64,000 bases of DNA, taken from assembly GCA_017453365.1 (NCBI GenBank), contig JAFTKH010000006.1, positions 6,321-70,320 on the forward strand. The letters run 5' to 3'. The position numbers and the translations under genes are program-made. Position 1 is the first letter of the stretch; the number at the start of each line of letters is the position of its first letter. Below, piece by piece: positions 37,955 through 46,539 of this stretch. This stretch comes from Clostridia bacterium. Its GTDB lineage: Bacteria; Bacillota; Clostridia; Oscillospirales; CAG-272. Under the pieces are notes generated by a model. That model was not told where the DNA came from, ran no database searches, and saw only the letters and a program-made list of their open reading frames with translations.

Positions 37955-38385
37955 TGTGCTTTGCTAAATCGAAGGAACTTTCTAAATTTATAGGTAAGTC
38001 TGCTAAACAAAGATTAGAATATTTTGATTTATATCAGTTCGAATACAAAGAACAAAATGTGAATCTTTATATTAGCCACAAACGTGCGCGAAAATCAACT
38101 TACATTCACTGCACCGAAAGCGGCGATATAATTTGGGAACAGCTTTACCCCTTCGGCGGTATGTCAAGATCTGCAAGAGAAAAGAAATATGTATTAAAAC
38201 CCAAATGCGATAAAACCGCTATTACCGTGATTGTTATACGAGGGAAGCCGGGCAACATCATAGGTTTGGATAACGGTATCTTCAAATCACACTTGTCCGC
38301 ATCAAAAACATATAACTTTTATTTAATGACAGAGAAAGTGTTTCGTGTTTTCAAGCTCGGCATAGGTAAATATGAAGCAGACTGA
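37954..38385 (+). CDS. Hypothetical basic protein (143 aa)
   Basis: Its ATG overlaps the upstream TAA (TAATG at 37952-37956). No signal peptide, TM helix or recognisable motif. Very A+T-rich codons. Confidence 0.55.
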   Translation: MCFAKSKELSKFIGKSAKQRLEYFDLYQFEYKEQNVNLYISHKRARKSTYIHCTESGDIIWEQLYPFGGMSRSAREKKYVLKPKCDKTAITVIVIRGKPGNIIGLDNGIFKSHLSASKTYNFYLMTEKVFRVFKLGIGKYEAD

Positions 38386-38429
38386 AATATACTAAATAAA
38401 GAAACCCTTGAATTGGAGAAGGCTTATTT

Positions 38430-39104
38430 ATGGGAATTGAAATAATCGGGTTAAAGAAGAAATACGACTCCTTTGGTAAAGAGGTCATCGCTCTTGACGG
38501 GATAACCCTGCGCTTTGGTGACGGTGAGCTCGTCGCCATTGTTGGCGAGTCCGGCTCGGGAAAGACGACGCTCTTAAACAATCTGTGCGGTATGGACATA
38601 CCCGATGAGGGGGCCGTTATTATTGACGGTACAGAGCTATCAAAGCTTTCTTCAAACGAACTTTGCAAAATGCGGCGCAGGAGCGTAGGTGTTGTTTACC
38701 AGTTTTACAATCTCGTTCCGGAACTTAATATAAGAGATAATATAACGCTCCCTGTAGAACTCGACGGAAAAGAGGTAAACGAGGACGAGCTTTCCGAAAT
38801 TCTCAACACCGTCGGGCTGCTCGGCAGAGAGAGGGATTTTCCAAGCGCTTTGTCGGGCGGTCAGCAGCAGAGAGTGGCAATTGCACGCGCGCTGTTTCAA
38901 AAGCCGTCACTTATACTTGCAGATGAGCCTACGGGTAACCTCGATGAGAAGAACGCAGAAGAAATTTTAAGCCTTCTTTACAGACTGAACAAAGAAAAAC
39001 GCATTACGGTGATAATAGTTACACACTCGAGAGCTGTTGCCAACAAGGCAAAACGCCTCATCACTCTCAAAAACGGACGGATTGTAAGCGACGAGGTTCG
39101 GTAA
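38430..39104 (+). CDS. ABC transporter ATP-binding protein (MacB/FtsE/LolD type)
   Basis: Walker A GESGSGKTT, signature LSGGQQQRVAIARAL, Walker B ILADEPTGNLD. Confidence 0.9.
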   Translation: MGIEIIGLKKKYDSFGKEVIALDGITLRFGDGELVAIVGESGSGKTTLLNNLCGMDIPDEGAVIIDGTELSKLSSNELCKMRRRSVGVVYQFYNLVPELNIRDNITLPVELDGKEVNEDELSEILNTVGLLGRERDFPSALSGGQQQRVAIARALFQKPSLILADEPTGNLDEKNAEEILSLLYRLNKEKRITVIIVTHSRAVANKAKRLITLKNGRIVSDEVR

Positions 39105-39105
39105 T

Positions 39106-40242
39106 ATGAAGCTGCTTTTACATATCACGCTCGCAAAAATAAAGCGAAGCCCAAAAAAGTGTCTCTCTCAATCCTTTGCAGTCTTCGTGTCTATGCTCGT
39201 AATCTCCTTCTTCGTATGCTTTATATTTTCACTCGAAGCCTTCGGTGAAAAGCACCCCGCCTTCGGTATCAATGTCGATGGGTGGGAAAGCGCACTCACA
39301 ATAGAGTCGCTTAATAGCTTTTTCAGAACGGTACTATCCGCTATAGGCTTCCTCGCGGGAGCGACGGCAATGCTCTCGGCGGTTTCTCTTTACGTTTACT
39401 CAAGAATGAGGATAGACGAGGATAAGCAGTTTTACGCCACTCTCGCAAGCATTGGAGCTACAGCAGGGGAACGCACCGCGATTTCTACGTTGGAAACTCT
39501 CATATTATACGGCGTACCCGTTGTTATCGGCAGCTTTTTTGGAATGATACCTTCTCGGTGGATTGCAACCGCAGTCATCCGTATTTTCGTCAGTGATTAT
39601 TCCGTTTCTCCGGCAACGCCGCTTATCCCCCTTTTGCTTTCTCTGGTTGGACTTCTGACGGTGCTGGCATTTACTCGCATTCCCACCGTAAAACGAAAAA
39701 AATCGGTAATTGCATACGTAAGAGCTCATAACGAAAAAGAAGCGGCCGAGCCCCGCAGCTACCGAAAATCCTATACCTTTAGACATATGCCGATAGAACA
39801 GCGTATAGCAAAAAAGAGTATAGAGTATCACAGTGGCGCATACAGAAGAATTACTATTATGATGATTTCCTGCGCTCTATACCCTGTTTTGGCAATTTTC
39901 TTTATCGTACTGATATCAAGCGCAGAGGTCAGTGACTACACCCCTTCTTACGGAATCGACATCGAGGCTCTTGTAGATATTTTTGCAAGCAGCCTTGCGG
40001 TATTTGGCGCGGTTGCTTTTCTCGTACTTACAGTATTCGGAATACTTCAAACAATTTATATGATACAGGCTCAAAACAGAGTAAGAATGCAAGCATTTAA
40101 AGTGTATAAAAGTCTGGGTATGACAGATAAGTCCATCCGACGGGTTTTATATTACGAATACAGAGCTGTGGTCCTTCGTGCAGCGGCCTGCCTTGTAGTT
40201 TTCGGAATGTTTTTGCTTGTGCTGCTTTATGGAATAGGCTGA
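39106..40242 (+). CDS. FtsX-like ABC transporter permease
   Basis: Multiple TM helices and a C-terminal FtsX-type motif (YKSLGMTDKSIRRVLYYE) followed by a TM helix. Starts 2 nt after the ATPase stop. Confidence 0.75.
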   Translation: MKLLLHITLAKIKRSPKKCLSQSFAVFVSMLVISFFVCFIFSLEAFGEKHPAFGINVDGWESALTIESLNSFFRTVLSAIGFLAGATAMLSAVSLYVYSRMRIDEDKQFYATLASIGATAGERTAISTLETLILYGVPVVIGSFFGMIPSRWIATAVIRIFVSDYSVSPATPLIPLLLSLVGLLTVLAFTRIPTVKRKKSVIAYVRAHNEKEAAEPRSYRKSYTFRHMPIEQRIAKKSIEYHSGAYRRITIMMISCALYPVLAIFFIVLISSAEVSDYTPSYGIDIEALVDIFASSLAVFGAVAFLVLTVFGILQTIYMIQAQNRVRMQAFKVYKSLGMTDKSIRRVLYYEYRAVVLRAAACLVVFGMFLLVLLYGIG

Positions 40243-40278
40243 TTTTCTCCAAAGTTCCAAATTGTTTACTTTTATCGG

Positions 40279-40307
40279 TTGACTTTCAGCTGCTTTAGCG
40301 TTAGAAT
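40279..40307 (+). promoter_or_regulatory. Sigma-A-type promoter
   Basis: TTGACT (40279-40284), 17-nt spacer, TAGAAT (40302-40307). Confidence 0.55.
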
Positions 40308-40333
40308 GTTATTAAAAAACCTTTGGAGCTATT

Positions 40334-41074
40334 ATGGAAGATAATATACAAAATGAAGAGGTGAAGGAGAGCGCAAAACCCAAAATGCGCTTCGGTGAGC
40401 GAGTCGAGAATTTTTGGTATCACTACAAATGGCACTCAATAGTTGCTGTTTTTGTGATAATCGCGGTTACAGTATGCACTCTGCAAATGTGCTCGAAGGA
40501 GCGTTTCGACAATTATATCCTTTATGCGGGCGGATACGGAATATCCCGAAACGGAGCTGACGACGTTGCCGAATATTCCATAATTCTCTCGTCGATGAAG
40601 AAGGTTTCGCGCGATGTCGACGAAAACGGAGAGATAGTCACGTCGTTTCTCGACCTGTACGCACCGACGCCGAGCGAAATGGACGCGTCGGGCTCCGACC
40701 TGTACAATCTTACTATTGAGAACTTTGACAGGCTCAAATATGAGCTTATATCCGGCAGCGAATACTACGTATGCCTGCTCTCTGAATACAACTACGATGA
40801 GTACAAGGAGTGGGACGGCGTAAGAATATTCACACCCCTAGCCCCCTATACAAAAGAAGGTAACGAATACGAATATTACGACGAGTGTGCCATTTATCTT
40901 CATTCTACAGAATTTGGTGAGCTCGACGGGCTTAAAAACCTTCCCGACGACACTCTCATAGTCCTGCGCTCACTCTCGGCCGTCGCCTCTGCGTTCGGAA
41001 GAGATGAAAGCCAAAAGAACTTCGAGTACGGAGAGGAGCTCATGCGCTCCATTCTCGCATATAAAAAGCAATAA
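40334..41074 (+). CDS. Hypothetical N-terminally membrane-anchored protein (246 aa)
   Basis: Single TM helix (WHSIVAVFVIIAVTVCTL) and then a soluble domain. I recognise no motif. Confidence 0.6.
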   Translation: MEDNIQNEEVKESAKPKMRFGERVENFWYHYKWHSIVAVFVIIAVTVCTLQMCSKERFDNYILYAGGYGISRNGADDVAEYSIILSSMKKVSRDVDENGEIVTSFLDLYAPTPSEMDASGSDLYNLTIENFDRLKYELISGSEYYVCLLSEYNYDEYKEWDGVRIFTPLAPYTKEGNEYEYYDECAIYLHSTEFGELDGLKNLPDDTLIVLRSLSAVASAFGRDESQKNFEYGEELMRSILAYKKQ

Positions 41075-41082
41075 ACAAAAGA

Positions 41083-41149
41083 ACCCCCACTACATATACT
41101 GTAAGTGGGGGCTGTCTAACCCCCGCGGCATATACTGTCGGTGGGGGCT
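41083..41149. repeat. Tandem pair of 31-nt G/C-clamped hairpin repeats (terminator-like, bidirectional)
   Basis: ACCCCCACTACATATACTGTAAGTGGGGGCT (41083-41113) and ACCCCCGCGGCATATACTGTCGGTGGGGGCT (41119-41149). Each folds CCCCC.../...GGGGG around the loop ATATACT. T-rich runs lie on both outer sides. Confidence 0.7.
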
Positions 41150-41217
41150 CTTGCCTTTTTGCAACGGCTCGCGCGGCGCTTGCCGCAAATATTTACTTAA
41201 AATACCAAGGAGAATAT

Positions 41218-41301
41218 ATGAAAATCGTTGTACTTAAATCTCCGAAGCTTATATCCAAGCTCATCTCGAAGCTGATGAGAGATAAATCAAAAGAACGCTG
41301 A
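41218..41301 (+). CDS. Candidate 27-aa small ORF (MKIVVLKSPKLISKLISKLMRDKSKER), speculative
   Basis: AAGGAG 6 nt upstream of the ATG. It overlaps the last 41 nt of mnmG on the opposite strand. I found no convincing promoter. Confidence 0.2.
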   Translation: MKIVVLKSPKLISKLISKLMRDKSKER

Positions 41302-43144
41302 TATCCGCAGGATTAACGCCGCTTATTCTCGACGCCTGACCAAGGCTCGCGGGTCTTATTCTCGCGAGCTTTTCCGCTGCCTCGAGTCGCAGACCCGATA
41401 TTTTCCCGTAGTCTATATCGGGTGGCAGCTTCTTTTCGTCGAGACGTCTCTGCCGTTCAGCTTCCGCAAGCTCACGCTTTATATAACCCGAATACTTTAT
41501 CCTGACACCGACATTCAGCGTGACAGCATAGGGAAGCACGGGTCTGGCGGAGTCGATTTCGGCAAGCGCTTCGTAATCAAGCTCGGGTCGCGACAGAAGC
41601 TCCGAGAGCTTAACCCCCGTCTTTATCGGAGAGGAGCCACGAGCGACAAGAAACTCGTTCACCTCGGCGCTCGGTGCTACTGTCGTCGTGTTTATTCTCC
41701 GTTCTTCCCTGTCCTCTGCCTCGCGCTTTTCAAGAAAGCGCGCGTATCTTTCTTCGTCGATAAGTCCTATTCTGTATCCTATCGGCGTCAGGCGAAGGTC
41801 AGCGTTGTCCTGACGGAGCAGGAGTCTGTATTCGCTTCTTGACGTCATCATTCGGTAGGGCTCGTCCGTACCTTTTGTTACCAAGTCGTCGATAAGAGTG
41901 CCTATGTAAGAGCTGTCGCGAGAGAGCACGAGCGGCTCTTCTTTTTTTATCTTTAGCGCAGCGTTAATTCCTGCAATAAGCCCCTGTGCCGCAGCTTCCT
42001 CATAGCCGGACGTTCCGTTGAACTGTCCCGCACCGAAAAGCCCCGATATGCGCTTAAATTCAAGCGTTGGCAAAAGCTCTGTCGGGTCAACAGAGTCGTA
42101 TTCTATCGCATAGGCGTATCGCATAATTTCGGCGTTTTCAAAGCCGGGAAGAGTCCTCATCATCTCGTGCTGAACGTCCGTCGGCATAGAGGTCGAGAAG
42201 CCCTGTATATACATCTCGTCGGTATTCTCACCGCAGGGCTCGACAAAAAGCTGATGACGCTCCTTATCCGCAAATCTCACAAGCTTCGTTTCTATTGACG
42301 GACAGTATCTCGGGCCTGCGCCCGTAATATTTCCCGAATACATAGCCGAGCGCGAGAGATTATCCGTTATCACCTTATGAGTATTCTCGTTTGTATAAAC
42401 CACGTGGCAGGATACACGGTTGACACGGGTGTCTGAATAGTCCTGCGTGTCGGCAGAAAACGGAACGGGGGCGTTCTCGCCCGACTGCTCCTCAAGCACC
42501 GAAAAATCTATGGAACGGCGATGAACTCTCGCAGGAGTTCCCGTCTTAAAGCGTCGGATCGAAACACCAAGCGAGGAAAGCGACGCAGAAAGTCCGCGAG
42601 CAGCAAGCATTCCGTCGGGGCCGGCAGAAAAAACCTTGTCCCCCACGAATATCTCGCTCTCGAGATAGGTTCCTGTAGCTATAATCACGCATTCGGCACT
42701 CCACACCTCACCAAGAGAGGTTTTAATACCAACGGCAAAAATTTCACCGTCGCGCTCCTCGGTAAGAAGCTCTGTTACCTCGGATTGAATAAGGCGAAGC
42801 CCGCGGCAGCTCTCGACCGTTCGCTTCATCTCCTCCTTATATCTGTTTCTGTCAGCCTGAACCCTCTTTGCGTGCACGGCGGAGCCGCGCCCGAGATTTA
42901 GGGTGCGCGACTGTATAGTCGCCTTATCAGCACATCTGCCCATTTCACCGCCAAGGGCATCTATCTCAAAAACCAGATGTCCCTTCGCAGAGCCGCCGAC
43001 AGACGGATTACAGGGCATATTTCCAACAGCATCAAGACATATTGTGAAAAGAGCGGTGTCAACGCCCATTCTGGCCGAAGCGAGAGCCGCCTCTACGCCA
43101 GCGTGCCCCGCGCCTATTACCAGACACTGTGTTCTATAATTCAT
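41261..43144 (-). CDS. mnmG: tRNA uridine 5-carboxymethylaminomethyl modification enzyme MnmG (GidA)
   Basis: N-terminal FAD motif VIGAGHAGVEAA, GPRYCPSIE. 627 aa. Confidence 0.97.
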   Translation of the reverse strand: MNYRTQCLVIGAGHAGVEAALASARMGVDTALFTICLDAVGNMPCNPSVGGSAKGHLVFEIDALGGEMGRCADKATIQSRTLNLGRGSAVHAKRVQADRNRYKEEMKRTVESCRGLRLIQSEVTELLTEERDGEIFAVGIKTSLGEVWSAECVIIATGTYLESEIFVGDKVFSAGPDGMLAARGLSASLSSLGVSIRRFKTGTPARVHRRSIDFSVLEEQSGENAPVPFSADTQDYSDTRVNRVSCHVVYTNENTHKVITDNLSRSAMYSGNITGAGPRYCPSIETKLVRFADKERHQLFVEPCGENTDEMYIQGFSTSMPTDVQHEMMRTLPGFENAEIMRYAYAIEYDSVDPTELLPTLEFKRISGLFGAGQFNGTSGYEEAAAQGLIAGINAALKIKKEEPLVLSRDSSYIGTLIDDLVTKGTDEPYRMMTSRSEYRLLLRQDNADLRLTPIGYRIGLIDEERYARFLEKREAEDREERRINTTTVAPSAEVNEFLVARGSSPIKTGVKLSELLSRPELDYEALAEIDSARPVLPYAVTLNVGVRIKYSGYIKRELAEAERQRRLDEKKLPPDIDYGKISGLRLEAAEKLARIRPASLGQASRISGVNPADISVLLIYLSSASR

Positions 43145-43224
43145 ATTTCCTCTTAATGTAAATAATTATTTATATAAAAAAGAATTTAATTACGAGCTTG
43201 GGTGTACCCCGAGCCCGTACCGTG

Positions 43225-43998
43225 TTAAATTTCGACCTGTTTTATTTCTGTCACCCGATGCTTCGACAAATCGACAGTGAATATGACTCCGTCAGCTCTC
43301 GGCGTGCCCTTCGCGGGAGAAAACCGTTGCGGCAGATGGAATCTCACCGACTCTATGACACCGAGTGTGTCAAGACCAAGAATACCTCCGCTCTCGCCAC
43401 ACATACCAACGTCGGTTATATACCCCGTTCCAGAGGGGAGGACCGTCGCATCGGCCGTAGGAACGTGAGTGTGAGTTCCGAAAACGATGTCTATTCTACC
43501 GTCAAAAAAATGCGCAAGAGCAAGCTTCTCGCCCGTTGCCTCGGCGTGTATATCGAGAACGGAGACATCGTAATTTCCGCGCTCGGCTTCAAGCGCGCCT
43601 TCAATATAGTCAAAGGGAGAATTGAGCGTCGGCTCAATGTGCACACAGCCCATAGCGTTTATCACAAGAACCCTCACTCCTGAAGCATCAAGAACAGTAT
43701 ATCCGCGCCCGGGAACAGAGTCGCCGAAATTTATTGGCCTTATTATCCTGTCGTTTTCCTCAAGGAAGGTGTATATCCCCTTATTTCTCATAGTATGATT
43801 TCCGCCCGTAAGACAGTCTGCACCGCCAAAGAGAAGTCTATCGGCGATATCGGCGGAGACTCCGGTAATAAAACCTGCGTTCTCCGCATTCACGACAGTA
43901 AAATCTATTTTTTCCCTTTCGCGAAAGCTCCAAAGCTTCGACGCAAGGTATTCTGCCGCAGATGGGCTTGTTACGTCACCTATTGCAAGAATTCGCAT
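43225..43998 (-). CDS. ymdB: YmdB-like metallophosphoesterase (TIGR00282 family, 2',3'-cyclic-nucleotide phosphodiesterase)
   Basis: MRILAIGDV..., VVNAENA, GNH, GTHTHVPTAD. ATG at 43998 preceded by GGAGA. The longer ORF-track start would overlap the upstream gene. Confidence 0.85.
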   Translation of the reverse strand: MRILAIGDVTSPSAAEYLASKLWSFREREKIDFTVVNAENAGFITGVSADIADRLLFGGADCLTGGNHTMRNKGIYTFLEENDRIIRPINFGDSVPGRGYTVLDASGVRVLVINAMGCVHIEPTLNSPFDYIEGALEAERGNYDVSVLDIHAEATGEKLALAHFFDGRIDIVFGTHTHVPTADATVLPSGTGYITDVGMCGESGGILGLDTLGVIESVRFHLPQRFSPAKGTPRADGVIFTVDLSKHRVTEIKQVEI

Positions 43999-44018
43999 AT
44001 TGTTCTCCAAACAATTTT

Positions 44019-44327
44019 TTATCCAAAAATCCCCGAAAGCGATACTATCATAGAGAACACGCCAAAGACAATGCCCACGATAGAGAGGATGAGACCGAAG
44101 AGGGCAAGCCTTGTAAAAAAGCCATGCCGCCGTCTCGAATACAGTGCAAGAGCGAAGGAAACAGCACCGAGTATAAGTCCAAGCACATAAAGCGGACACG
44201 TAAGCACGGACAGAACGCCCGCTATAAGAGAGAGCGCCGACCATATCATACTGCGTGACGAGTGAGCGGGGAGCTCGTAATACTCCTCTTCCCCGATTTT
44301 ATGTTCCTTGTATTCGTTATCGCTCAT
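44019..44327 (-). CDS. Small membrane protein (102 aa, 3 predicted TM helices)
   Basis: Acidic N-terminus followed by hydrophobic helices. Lies 20 nt upstream of ymdB. Confidence 0.6.
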   Translation of the reverse strand: MSDNEYKEHKIGEEEYYELPAHSSRSMIWSALSLIAGVLSVLTCPLYVLGLILGAVSFALALYSRRRHGFFTRLALFGLILSIVGIVFGVFSMIVSLSGIFG

Positions 44328-44476
44328 AGAGAAAACTCCTTTTTCGGAAATGCTGACGGTTTTTAAACCGTTACAGCCGTATATATTCTAACACACAGAC
44401 CCATAAAAATCAATACGAATAAATAACAAAAAGATGAAAACACTAACCAAAAAGAAGTTTTTTGGGAGTTGAAAAC

Positions 44477-44941
44477 ATGGATATATACTCGGAAAAGGGT
44501 AAAAAAAGACTTATAAAACGGTACACTCCGAAAACAAAGCTTTTTAAAACCTCGATTTTAGCTTTTATTTTCGGCGGGACTATTTGCGCGCTCGGCGAAG
44601 CTCTGCGTATTCTCTTCGTAAACCTCGGTCTCGAGGACAAGCTCGCCGTTACACTCGTAAGCTTAAGCTTCGTCGCCATAGCCTCGGTGCTTACGGTTAT
44701 AGGTCTGTTTGACAGAATTGCACGGCACGCGGGAGCGGGAACGCTCGTCCCGATAACAGGCTTTTCAAACTCTGTGACAAGCGAGGCTATGGACTCGGCA
44801 AGCGAGGGCTACGTGCTCGGCGTCGGCTCAAAAATATTCACGGTAGCAGGACCGGTTCTCCTTTACGGAACGGCGGCGGGAGTAGTCTACGGTATTGTTT
44901 ATTTCATAGCGAAGCTTATAGAAGGGGGTGCGGTCAGATGA
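44477..44941 (+). CDS. spoVAC: Stage V sporulation protein AC
   Basis: ...FIFGGTICALGEAL..., and gene order AC-AD-AE. ATG at 44477 preceded by GGGAG. Confidence 0.9.
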   Translation: MDIYSEKGKKRLIKRYTPKTKLFKTSILAFIFGGTICALGEALRILFVNLGLEDKLAVTLVSLSFVAIASVLTVIGLFDRIARHAGAGTLVPITGFSNSVTSEAMDSASEGYVLGVGSKIFTVAGPVLLYGTAAGVVYGIVYFIAKLIEGGAVR

Positions 44942-45993
44942 GAGTAAGAAGGCTGTCACGCCCGCCGAGATTTGTATCGTGGGCATCGGTCGGCGGCTAC
45001 GAGGAGTCCCGCGGACCTCTTGGGGAGAAGCTGGATTTTGTAGACAAGACAGATACCTTCGGGCAAAAGACCTGGGAGCTCGCCGAGGGAGAAATGGGCA
45101 GATGTGCTCTCAATATGGCGCTGACGAAGGCAGGTCTCTCTCACGACAGACTCGAGCTTCTTGTCGCGGGTGACCTTCAAAATCAGTGTGTGGCAAGCTC
45201 TCTTGGCGCGGGCAGCTTCGGTATTCCATTTCTCGGTGTATACGGTGCGTGCTCTACCTGCACGGAGTCACTCCTCATACTCTCCGTTATGTTAAGCGAG
45301 GGCTGCGCAACGCTCGGAGCGGCGGCAACGACGAGTCACAACTCTGCGGCAGAGCGGCAATTCAGAACACCTGTCGAGTACGGTGCTCAAAGAGCCCCCT
45401 CGGCACAGTGGACGGCGACGGCAGGCGGTGCTTTTATTCTGTCATCCGACTACGGTATTATCTCCTGCGAGCGAAAAGGCTCGGTCGAGCTCTCCGAGGT
45501 CGCCGTCGGAAAAATAATCGACGGAGCTACCGCCGATGGCTCAAATATGGGTGGGGCTATGGCCTTCGCCGCAGCAGATACAATTCTCTCGTATTTCGAA
45601 GAAACGGGAAACGACCCCGCTATGTTTGACCATATCGTTACGGGAGACCTCGGACGCGTCGGCTCGGATATCCTGCGTCACATTCTCGGAGAGAAGCTAC
45701 CTAAGGCTGTGTCAAGACATACCGACTGCGGTCTTCTTCTTTACGACTCGGAAATACAGGACGTTCACTCCGGAGCATCGGGGTGCGGAACTTCAGCATC
45801 CGTTCTAGCCGCGCACTTTCTCCCCGCCCTTGAGCGCGGCGACCTCTCCGACATTCTCTTTCTTTCAACAGGAGCACTTATGTCACCGTCAAGCGTATTG
45901 CAGGGCAGAAACATTTCGGCTGTAGCACCGCTTATAAGGCTCACGCATAGGGATAACGAAAAAACGGAAAGAGAGGAACCTTCAAATGAATGA
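44938..45993 (+). CDS. spoVAD: Stage V sporulation protein AD
   Basis: Thiolase-like fold motifs (SVGGYEESRGPLG, GACST). ATGA overlap with spoVAC. Confidence 0.9.
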   Translation: MRVRRLSRPPRFVSWASVGGYEESRGPLGEKLDFVDKTDTFGQKTWELAEGEMGRCALNMALTKAGLSHDRLELLVAGDLQNQCVASSLGAGSFGIPFLGVYGACSTCTESLLILSVMLSEGCATLGAAATTSHNSAAERQFRTPVEYGAQRAPSAQWTATAGGAFILSSDYGIISCERKGSVELSEVAVGKIIDGATADGSNMGGAMAFAAADTILSYFEETGNDPAMFDHIVTGDLGRVGSDILRHILGEKLPKAVSRHTDCGLLLYDSEIQDVHSGASGCGTSASVLAAHFLPALERGDLSDILFLSTGALMSPSSVLQGRNISAVAPLIRLTHRDNEKTEREEPSNE

Positions 45994-46357
45994 TATAACC
46001 GCAATTCTTCTCGCCGCACTCGGCGGTGGTATACTCTGCGTAATAGCGCAGCTTCTGCTCGACCTGACGAGTCTCACCCCTGCGCGTATTCTCGTCGGCT
46101 ACGTAGTGCTCGGGGTATTTCTCTATGCCGTCGGAATATACGACCCCCTCTTTGAAATTTTCGGTGAGGGTGTGTCTCTTCCGCTCATCGGTTTCGGCGC
46201 CGTAATAGGAAGAGGTGTCAGAGAAGCAATAATCGAAAGTGGGGCTATAGGTATAGTCACAGGCGGACTCACCGCTTCTGCCGCGGGGATAACGGTTGCT
46301 CTGCTTTTCGGCCTTTTAGCCTCTCTTATCACCAAAGGAAAGCCAAAAAGACTGTAA
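45986..46357 (+). CDS. spoVAEB: Stage V sporulation protein AE (AEB-type)
   Basis: 123-aa polytopic membrane protein that overlaps the spoVAD end. Confidence 0.85.
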   Translation: MNDITAILLAALGGGILCVIAQLLLDLTSLTPARILVGYVVLGVFLYAVGIYDPLFEIFGEGVSLPLIGFGAVIGRGVREAIIESGAIGIVTGGLTASAAGITVALLFGLLASLITKGKPKRL

Positions 46358-46422
46358 AACAGCCTTTTTTTCAGTGGAAAGTTTGATTTACAAAAATCTT
46401 TTGGCTTTTCGCGCGTGCGTAC

Positions 46423-46451
46423 TTGATTTTTAAATATTTTTATGGTATACT
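46423..46451 (+). promoter_or_regulatory. Candidate dnaA promoter (extended -10)
   Basis: TTGATT (46423-46428), 17-nt spacer ending in TGg, TATACT (46446-46451). Confidence 0.55.
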
Positions 46452-46539
46452 ATTGATAAATGTTGTAATTATATTCGGATGATATAGATTCGGGGCGCTT
46501 GTCGCCCCGAGCAGCACTCGAGAAAGGACGGATGAGAGA

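Noticed and set aside
43999-44244. 5' extension of the ymdB-like ORF (339-aa version)
   Set aside because: The extension overlaps the small membrane-protein gene on the same strand in another frame and has an odd Cys/Trp/Arg-rich sequence. The conserved MRILAIGDV start at 43998 has its own GGAGA RBS.
44379-44408. Possible sigma-G/F-type promoter upstream of spoVAC (GTATA, 18 nt, CATAAAA)
   Set aside because: The -10 element lacks the conserved T of CATnnTA and I cannot score it. I leave it as a hypothesis rather than a feature.
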